Part shown: positions 1-6,459 of the stretch, piece after piece
Numbering within the stretch: position 1 is the stretch's first letter
How the letters are laid out: each line of letters opens with the position of its first letter
NCBI GenBank assembly: GCA_964590575.1
Contig: CAZPWM010000046.1
Location: 1 to 23,032, forward strand
DNA length: 23,032 bases
DNA from: an uncultured archaeon
GTDB taxonomy: Archaea > Asgardarchaeota > Thorarchaeia > Thorarchaeales > Thorarchaeaceae
Reading direction: 5' to 3'
Position numbers and translations under genes: made by a program
The notes under the pieces: model-generated
Databases searched by the model: none
Told to the model about the DNA's origin: nothing
The model's input: the letters and a program-made list of their open reading frames with translations, nothing else

Positions 1-2
1 AT

Positions 3-107
3 GAGGATGAGTTTGAAGAAGCAATGGATGAATTAGAGAAGCAGGGCATAATCTACCGATCAAGTAAAGGCACTGTGAGCTATGTAGATATCGAACTAGA
101 TGCTTGA
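3..107 (+). CDS. 3' end of a gene entering the window; C-terminal winged-helix-like segment
   Basis: The frame from nt 3 reads EDEFEEAMDELEKQGIIYRSSKGTVSYVDIELDA then TGA (105-107). The pattern 'F-A--L-K-G-IY----G-V' resembles C-terminal winged helices such as the MCM/RPA32 type. Not in the ORF track; partial. Confidence 0.6.
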   Translation, partial: EDEFEEAMDELEKQGIIYRSSKGTVSYVDIELDA

Positions 108-167
108 ACTTGATACAAAGACTAATCTTGTTGCCTGCGAATACGTCAATCTCGGCGGATCTTTACA

Positions 168-1499
168 ATGAGCGAAGAACTTCTGATTAAGAATGGAATG
201 ATTGTCACCGGTGATAAGAAAGGAACTGTAATTCCCAAGGGGTACATTACAGTCAATGGTCCAAGAATCGCAGAGGTCAGTGAGGGAGAACCAAGATTCA
301 CCGCAGACATAGTAGTTGATGCATCTGGATGCGTGGTTATTCCAGGATTAATCACTGCGCATACTCATCTCTATGGAATTTTATTGCGCGGCGCGAATCT
401 TAACATCAAACCCCCTACAGATTTCGCTCAAGTTCTTCAGCGGATCTGGTGGCCTGTTGATGAAGCTCTAACAGTTGAAGATGCATATGCAAGTACCCTC
501 TCTGCAGGAGCAGATATGCTAAGAAATGGCTCTACACTCTTCGCCGACACCTACTCAGGACCAAATTCAATCGAAGGCAGTCTGCAGGCAATTGCGAGAG
601 GCACCAAGGAAGTTGGAATTCGTGGAATTCTTGCGTACGAAATGACTGAGAGAAACAACCCTGAAGAGGCGACTAGAGGTTTTCAAGAAGGTATCAAATT
701 CATCCAATCGTGCAAGAAGGAATATCTTGTATCTGGAATGATAAGTCTGCATGCCTCATTCACAGTTGGGGATGAAATAATCACAAAAGCAGTAGGTCAA
801 GCCAAAGAACTAGATGTGCCGATAACTGTTCATACATCTGAGGGTCTAGTGGATCTCTACCACAACCTTGAAGCTACTGGAGAAAGGACAGTTGAGAGGT
901 TGGACAGGCTTGGTGTTCTAGGACCCAAAACTGTGTTAGCCCACTGTGTCCATGTTAATGATCATGAAATCGATTTAATCGCAAAGCGAAGAGCATCTGT
1001 GGCTCACAACCCCATGAGTAACATGTTGAATGCAGTAGGAGTTGCGCCGATTCCGGCCATGCTTAAGAAGGGAATCAATGTGGGTCTTGGAAATGATGGA
1101 TGGATCTACGACCCATTTGAGAACATGCGGTGTGCTTTGACAGTGCACAGACTTGCCAGTGGGAATCCCAGTGTGATTGGTCCTGATGAAATCTTCAGAA
1201 TGGCAACCATCGAGGGAGCTTATTGTTATGGTCTCGAAAGCGACCTTGGTAGCCTTGAGAAGAGAAAACTAGCTGATATCGTGATAATAGATGGTTCGAG
1301 AGTTCCAACACCACTTACTCCTGCGTCAGTTGTGGGACATCTAGTCAACACTTTCAGTGGCCGTGATGTAAGAGATGTTATCGTGAATGGAAAAGTTGTC
1401 GTTAAAGATAGACTATTGACCCAGATAACTGATGCACATGTTTCAGATATTTCCAAAAAGTCCGCTGAGGGTCTTTGGTCACGGTTGAACCCAGAATAG
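168..1499 (+). CDS. Metal-dependent amidohydrolase, SsnA / MTA-SAH deaminase-like
   Basis: PGLITAHTHLY (HxH), 'DF..L..IWW..D.AL' segment typical of SsnA-like proteins, LHASFT, HTSEG (HxxE), LAHCVH, HNPMSNM, GLGND (metal Asp), GSLEK-K-ADIVI. Confidence 0.9.
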   Translation: MSEELLIKNGMIVTGDKKGTVIPKGYITVNGPRIAEVSEGEPRFTADIVVDASGCVVIPGLITAHTHLYGILLRGANLNIKPPTDFAQVLQRIWWPVDEALTVEDAYASTLSAGADMLRNGSTLFADTYSGPNSIEGSLQAIARGTKEVGIRGILAYEMTERNNPEEATRGFQEGIKFIQSCKKEYLVSGMISLHASFTVGDEIITKAVGQAKELDVPITVHTSEGLVDLYHNLEATGERTVERLDRLGVLGPKTVLAHCVHVNDHEIDLIAKRRASVAHNPMSNMLNAVGVAPIPAMLKKGINVGLGNDGWIYDPFENMRCALTVHRLASGNPSVIGPDEIFRMATIEGAYCYGLESDLGSLEKRKLADIVIIDGSRVPTPLTPASVVGHLVNTFSGRDVRDVIVNGKVVVKDRLLTQITDAHVSDISKKSAEGLWSRLNPE

Positions 1500-1559
1500 A
1501 AAAGTGCTACAAGGACAGAGTTTTCAGTGAGGAACACATCGCGGTCACAGGTGTAGAAA

Positions 1560-2501
1560 CTGTATCCTGAACTGACCTTTGATGACCCAATTTTCGATGC
1601 ACACATACACGTCGTTGATACAGATTCTTTAGATATGTTAGTTGAGATAGGCGAGAGCTTTGGTGTAAAAGAATCGCTCCTCATCTGTCATAGTTTAAAA
1701 GCCAAGAAATATGCTCAGGAAAAATATCCTGGTCGATTCATTTTTGCTAAATATTTCTCAGGGTCAATGCGATTCGGGGGCGGACTCGAAACAATACTTA
1801 AGGAGATTGCCACCCTTAGGGATGAAGGGTATCATCTGGCAAAGATGCAGTCAGCACCTGTGATGAGAGGTCGGGCTTCAGCAACTCCTGAAGAGTTGAG
1901 AATGGATGATGATGAGATGGCAAGGATGTTTGATGCCATGAAGGATGAAGAAATTCCATTCTTACTTCACCTATCTGACCCAGACACCTATTATAAAAGT
2001 AGATACACTGATACTTCGATCTACACCTCAAAAGAGAGAGACCTCAAGGAACTTGAAGGAGTCTTAAAAAGACATAGTTCCATAAAGCTCCAGTTAGCCC
2101 ATTTTGGAGCTCAGTCTGAGATTCATAGGCTTGAAAATCTAGCAAGATGGTTTGATACATATCCCAACTTCATCATTGATACGGGCTCTGCAAGGTGGGT
2201 TTCTAGAGAATTGAGCAAGGATCCGAAGAGAGCGAGGGAGTTCATTATGAAGTATCAGGACAGAATTGTCTTTGGTACAGACTGTGTCACATGGAGACCT
2301 GATAGAGACTATTATATCGGGAGATATCTTGCTCTAAGATTGTTGCTTGAAAGCGCGGTGGAACACAGAGCACTTCCTTTCACTGATTCAGATACTGTCG
2401 ACTCAGGTGGTACATTCATCAACGGGCTCAATCTTCCTAAAGATGTTCTTCAGAAGATATACTGGCAGAATGCTAAGGATTTCTATGCTGAGTTTGTATA
2501 G
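1560..2501 (+). CDS. Amidohydrolase_2 family metallohydrolase; probable start is CTG at 1560, not ATG at 1635
   Basis: The in-frame sequence upstream of 1635 encodes PIFDAHIHV (the family DxHxH metal motif). Downstream motifs: LLHLSD, LAHFG, IDTGS, RIVFGTD, KIYWQNA. Confidence 0.85.
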   Translation: MYPELTFDDPIFDAHIHVVDTDSLDMLVEIGESFGVKESLLICHSLKAKKYAQEKYPGRFIFAKYFSGSMRFGGGLETILKEIATLRDEGYHLAKMQSAPVMRGRASATPEELRMDDDEMARMFDAMKDEEIPFLLHLSDPDTYYKSRYTDTSIYTSKERDLKELEGVLKRHSSIKLQLAHFGAQSEIHRLENLARWFDTYPNFIIDTGSARWVSRELSKDPKRAREFIMKYQDRIVFGTDCVTWRPDRDYYIGRYLALRLLLESAVEHRALPFTDSDTVDSGGTFINGLNLPKDVLQKIYWQNAKDFYAEFV

Positions 2502-2504
2502 ATG

Positions 2505-3257
2505 CTAGAAAATGACAGATAGACAGGTTAAAGCTCCATCGCATTTCTCGAATTCGCTCATATTAAGTTGAACAACTTCAAAACCAGAATCCTTCACTAG
2601 TCGTGAAGATTGATTGTGACGAGCTGACATGATAACAACACCATTCACCGTTAGTGTGTTCGCTGAGTCGCTCTCTTCAATTGGTAGAACTATCTTTGAG
2701 AAAGAGTCTAGCACTTGATTATCTACATATCGTGGGTTAACAATTATCGTGTTGCTGCTAAGGTACGTAATATGACTCTTGATATGCATGATGCTGGAAT
2801 CTTCTATAAGATGAACTGGAGCCTTCAACCACTGTGCCATCTGAGAAGCTCCATCGTTGTTCGTCCTTTTTGTGATTCCACAGATTAGTGAATCCGGTAG
2901 ATGGATAACATCGCCGCCTTCCAAGGTGCCGGGTGCCTCTATGTGTCTAATCTGCTTGAATTCCGACAAGACAGACTCTACACCTAAACTCTCCCCTCTT
3001 CGACTCTCCATTGCCATCCGTGTGATTATTGCACGGTTTCCATGTACCACAACGGTATCTTCAACAAAACAAGAGTCTGGATGTTTATCATCCGGTTCTA
3101 ATTCTATAAGATCTACTCCAAGATTTCGAAGTGTCTGACAATACTCCTTGTGTTGATTCAAAGCTAAATCAACATCCAGAGTATGATGAAGCGGGTGTTC
3201 TGACAAACACTTTTTGAAAGAACGGCTAGGTGGTCGTACAATACCCCGGATTTTCAT
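2505..3257 (-). CDS. Dimethylarginine dimethylaminohydrolase (DDAH)-like amidinotransferase-superfamily enzyme
   Basis: ALNQHKEY, HPDSCFVEDT, SRRGE, LEGGDV, MHIKS (catalytic His), SEFEKCDGALTCLS (catalytic Cys). Confidence 0.9.
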   Translation of the reverse strand: MKIRGIVRPPSRSFKKCLSEHPLHHTLDVDLALNQHKEYCQTLRNLGVDLIELEPDDKHPDSCFVEDTVVVHGNRAIITRMAMESRRGESLGVESVLSEFKQIRHIEAPGTLEGGDVIHLPDSLICGITKRTNNDGASQMAQWLKAPVHLIEDSSIMHIKSHITYLSSNTIIVNPRYVDNQVLDSFSKIVLPIEESDSANTLTVNGVVIMSARHNQSSRLVKDSGFEVVQLNMSEFEKCDGALTCLSVIF

Positions 3258-3333
3258 TATGTTCAGGGAGTTGCAAGGGAAACTTGCTTAAGATATATCC
3301 GATAACATCATCAAACACGAACAGAGCTTATTA

Positions 3334-4902
3334 ATGGAACTCATTAATCATCGATTGAGGTTGTCATGGGTGAGAAATAGGTGTATACCAATCATAGCTG
3401 TAGTTCTTCTACTCTTGATAGTCCCCGCCTCTTGGAATCAATCAAAACGCATTATCTATCAAAATGAAATGAAAATAGCTGATGATGGTGCACCTCCAGA
3501 GATTCTACTCCTGAGCCCTGCTAATGGTTCGGTTGTGAAACCGCTTTCATTGATTGACATCGATGTGACAGACAATGTTGGAATAAGTCATGTTTTTTAT
3601 CATTGGGACTTGATAGCCAATGAAACTTTTGAGAGTCCGTATGACCTTCTTGCACGAACCAGTGAGGTTGGTCACTACCTCTACATCTATGCAAATGATA
3701 CATCTGGCACATGGACAACAGCTATGTTCTATTTCATCTCTGATTGGACAAGTCCAGAAATAACTCTAACAACACCCACAAACAATTCAGTACAATTATC
3801 AGGTACAGAAATCAATGCAACGGTCACTGACATCCACCTTACGGATGTCTATTATCAATGGGATGATCTTGAGATACTAAATATATGGACTGAACCGTAT
3901 ACTATTCAGCTGATTGTCAGTGATGGACCTCACACGCTCCATGTATATGCGAATGACTCAGCGGGGAATTGGGGAGAAACAAAATTCGTGTTCATTGTTG
4001 ATGACGAAGTTCCGATAATTACTCTTAGAGACCTAACCAATGGAAGTGCACGCCAATCCAATAGCTTAGTTGACATCGATATTATAGATGCAAGCATAGC
4101 AATAGTGCTATACAACTGGAATTCAGGCTTGCAAAACATAACCTGGGAGGAGCCATTCCTAACTCCAATCCCTGCGGGAGAGAGTATTCATACTCTAAGA
4201 GTGTACGCAAACGATTCATTTTCTAGATGGAGCTCGGTCATTTTTGAATTCACAGGTGACAATACGATACCGGAAATCCTTCTTGATTCTCCTTTGAATG
4301 GCTCACTTCACAATTCTGGAATCAACATCTCGCTATTTGTGACAGACCTGCATCTTTCTTCAATCAGGTATAACTGGGATGGTCTAGGGAATCAAACGGT
4401 GTCTGGTTCTATTTCTCTTCCGTCTGGGGATGGTGATCACATCCTCAAGATATATGCAGAAGACACTGCTGAGAACATGGCTCATTTGACATATCTATTC
4501 AGAGTAGATGATTCGCCACCTGTAATTACTTTATTTCCTGAATCTCTAATTTTGCAGGGATTCATTAATTTTACAATAGAGTGGCGTGCATTTGATGCTA
4601 ATCCCGATTCATATACAATTTTAATCAATGGTAGTGAAATTATCTCAGGCTCTTGGATTGACAGAATCAGATTGACTATTTCACATGAATTTGGCTTAAA
4701 AATCTGGTACAATTGTACAATCATCCTTACTGATTTAGTTGGTAATCTCATCATCAATTCGACGATGATTCTGATAGAAATATGGCCTGCGGATGAGTTT
4801 GGTTCCCTAATACCTTTGTTTGTGATTGGAGGAATTGTATCAGCGACAGGTGTACTGGTTCTGGTCATCATGAAGAAAAACGGCGTTCGTTTCACTGGGT
4901 AA
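3334..4902 (+). CDS. Membrane-anchored surface glycoprotein with tandem Ig-like beta-sandwich repeats
   Basis: N-terminal hydrophobic signal (IIAVVLLLLIVPAS), four ~86-aa repeats plus a divergent fifth, about 17 N-x-S/T sequons by my count, and a C-terminal TM helix followed by KK. The start could be a few codons downstream. Confidence 0.85.
   Translation: MELINHRLRLSWVRNRCIPIIAVVLLLLIVPASWNQSKRIIYQNEMKIADDGAPPEILLLSPANGSVVKPLSLIDIDVTDNVGISHVFYHWDLIANETFESPYDLLARTSEVGHYLYIYANDTSGTWTTAMFYFISDWTSPEITLTTPTNNSVQLSGTEINATVTDIHLTDVYYQWDDLEILNIWTEPYTIQLIVSDGPHTLHVYANDSAGNWGETKFVFIVDDEVPIITLRDLTNGSARQSNSLVDIDIIDASIAIVLYNWNSGLQNITWEEPFLTPIPAGESIHTLRVYANDSFSRWSSVIFEFTGDNTIPEILLDSPLNGSLHNSGINISLFVTDLHLSSIRYNWDGLGNQTVSGSISLPSGDGDHILKIYAEDTAENMAHLTYLFRVDDSPPVITLFPESLILQGFINFTIEWRAFDANPDSYTILINGSEIISGSWIDRIRLTISHEFGLKIWYNCTIILTDLVGNLIINSTMILIEIWPADEFGSLIPLFVIGGIVSATGVLVLVIMKKNGVRFTG
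3484..4506 (+). repeat. Four protein-level tandem repeats (86, 86, 86, 83 aa)
   Basis: Units begin at 3484 (DGAPPEI), 3742 (DWTSPEI), 4000 (DDEVPII) and 4258 (DNTIPEI); the next unit begins at 4507 (DDSPPVI). Consensus: D-x3-P-x-I-x-L..N-x-S...Y-x-W-D/N...H-x-L-x-(V/I)-Y-A-(N/E)-D. Confidence 0.85.
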
Positions 4903-4906
4903 ACAT

Positions 4907-5212
4907 TTAGCTCTTGGTCTTTCGTTTCTGTGAAGCCGAGAAGAACTGAGTTAACTCACTCTGTTGGACAGGGCCAAATCTCCAGCCATTACCTTCGGGG
5001 TCTCGTTCTACAACTCCTTCACGTGCGAGGTTTTTCAAATGATAGTTTACAGTGTGGTAGGTAACACTCACTTGCCGAGTAATCTCTGAAATAGTAATCC
5101 AAGACTTGTGATTTAGAAGTCTAATAATTTCGGTCCTAGTAACAAGACCTCTTCTGACGTTGCGGATCATGCTCAGATATGCAAGCCTATTGATACTCAG
5201 GAACCTCACCAC
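4907..5212 (-). CDS. Small winged-helix (ArsR-like) DNA-binding protein
   Basis: RTEIIRLL...TISEITRQVSVTYHTVNYHLKNLAREGVVER...W gives HTH plus wing. Confidence 0.85.
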   Translation of the reverse strand: MVRFLSINRLAYLSMIRNVRRGLVTRTEIIRLLNHKSWITISEITRQVSVTYHTVNYHLKNLAREGVVERDPEGNGWRFGPVQQSELTQFFSASQKRKTKS

Positions 5213-5260
5213 GAAAATACAGCACTCAATCGACTAAGTGTTTTCTGGTACTAGTGGTAT

Positions 5261-5548
5261 TCATTCCAGTTTCGTACCAATCAGATGTACGAAAGCTGCA
5301 GGTTCATTCCCTTCGGAGATTGGACGAATTCTGTAATCAGAATATGTATGACTTAATTTTGCAGCGACACGTGTGCCCATGAGCTTCTTGAAGATGTCAG
5401 CATTTTTACCTCTCCAAAGGTAGACAGTCTTGGTTTCATGAACAACAAAAACAAGCACTTTGTTCGTCTCCACTTCAACGACATCGCTTTTTGACTCTAT
5501 CATTTTCGCCTGTGAGTCAATCTCGAAAGCCTCTACCATCTTCCTCAA
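5261..5548 (-). CDS. Single-domain gelsolin/villin-family protein (Asgard ProGel-like putative actin regulator)
   Basis: VLVFV..ETKTVYLWRGKNA...KK..GTRVAAKL...RIRPISEGNEPAAF matches the gelsolin repeat pattern (hydrophobic strand, IY-x-W-x-G, long helix, V-x-EG-x-EP-x-x-F). The start may be ATG 5539. Confidence 0.75.
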   Translation of the reverse strand: MRKMVEAFEIDSQAKMIESKSDVVEVETNKVLVFVVHETKTVYLWRGKNADIFKKLMGTRVAAKLSHTYSDYRIRPISEGNEPAAFVHLIGTKLE

Positions 5549-5727
5549 GCCTCTAGCACAAGAAACCTGTGATACCTGCTCATGCAGACCCTCTTATGAG
5601 GCTTTTTCAGTGGGAATCAAAGGTCCAACATATCATTAAATAGAATCCCTTAGAATTGTATTTAGTCAAAAGACGGCAAAAAACCTGAAATCTGACCGCT
5701 AAAACAAAAAGTGACGGAGGATACCCG

Positions 5728-6459
5728 TTGTCGGAAGAGAAACCATCTACAATCAAGTTCATTGATCGCGAGATGCGAAAAATCGATATCAGCCTCAGTG
5801 GACTCGACATTTCTTTTCCTTTGAATGCAATTCCGGATTTGATTTATGAGGCAATTGTGAACATTCTTGAGGGTGCTCAAGATGCTGATGAAAAGACTCG
5901 TAGACTCTACGATTCCACCCTGATGAAACCAACAGTTTCGACTCAGAATGCTACAGGAATTTTCCCGATTAACTCCGCGAAGAAACTTGTCCGATTGACT
6001 CTCACTGATGAGGCTATTGAAGACATGATTCTTGAGCTTGAGGGTGCAGAGCTCTCACTTCAGGGTAGACCCTTCGATGAAACCATAGAGGAACGGATTG
6101 AACTATATCAAAAAATCATGCTTGATGATAAAAAGATAGACCGCTTCCGGCTGGGTGCTGTTGAAATGTATGGTGATGTTACTTATCAGAACATCCTTAG
6201 AGACCCTCGAGTTAGTTTGAATTTCTTCTGGAAACAAGATGCTGAGCCACAGAGCCAAAGTTATCAAGTGAATTGCATTGCAGAAATAGTTCCACCGGGA
6301 GACCCTTACTTCAGATACATGAGATTGATGAGGAGACTATTCAGTTCAAAGCTGCTTGACCTTCGCGGCACAGTCGATTACGTCTGCGCTTACAAATTTT
6401 GGTGCTGTGAGAGTAAGGAAAAATCGCTGACAGAGAAAGCAGGGTACTCCCCTCTCTAA
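5728..6459 (+). CDS. Pyridoxamine 5'-phosphate oxidase-like (FMN-binding split barrel) protein with a helical insertion
   Basis: KPTVST..., LGAVEMYGDVTYQNILRDPRVSLNF ('T--N---PRV-L' motif), SYQVNCIAEIV. TTG start preceded by GGAGG. Confidence 0.6.
   Translation: MSEEKPSTIKFIDREMRKIDISLSGLDISFPLNAIPDLIYEAIVNILEGAQDADEKTRRLYDSTLMKPTVSTQNATGIFPINSAKKLVRLTLTDEAIEDMILELEGAELSLQGRPFDETIEERIELYQKIMLDDKKIDRFRLGAVEMYGDVTYQNILRDPRVSLNFFWKQDAEPQSQSYQVNCIAEIVPPGDPYFRYMRLMRRLFSSKLLDLRGTVDYVCAYKFWCCESKEKSLTEKAGYSPL

Noticed and set aside
1226-1684. 152-aa minus-strand ORF spanning two amidohydrolase genes
   Set aside because: Antisense shadow of two motif-supported genes.
3273-3287. Small hairpin GCAAG-GGAAA-CTTGC between the divergent DDAH and surface-protein genes
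   Set aside because: A 5-bp stem is expected by chance, and no SECIS, riboswitch or second copy is evident.
5607-5880. Two short minus-strand ORFs (67 and 72 aa) in the gelsolin/split-barrel divergent region
   Set aside because: They overlap the plus-strand gene and the promoter region and show no recognisable features.
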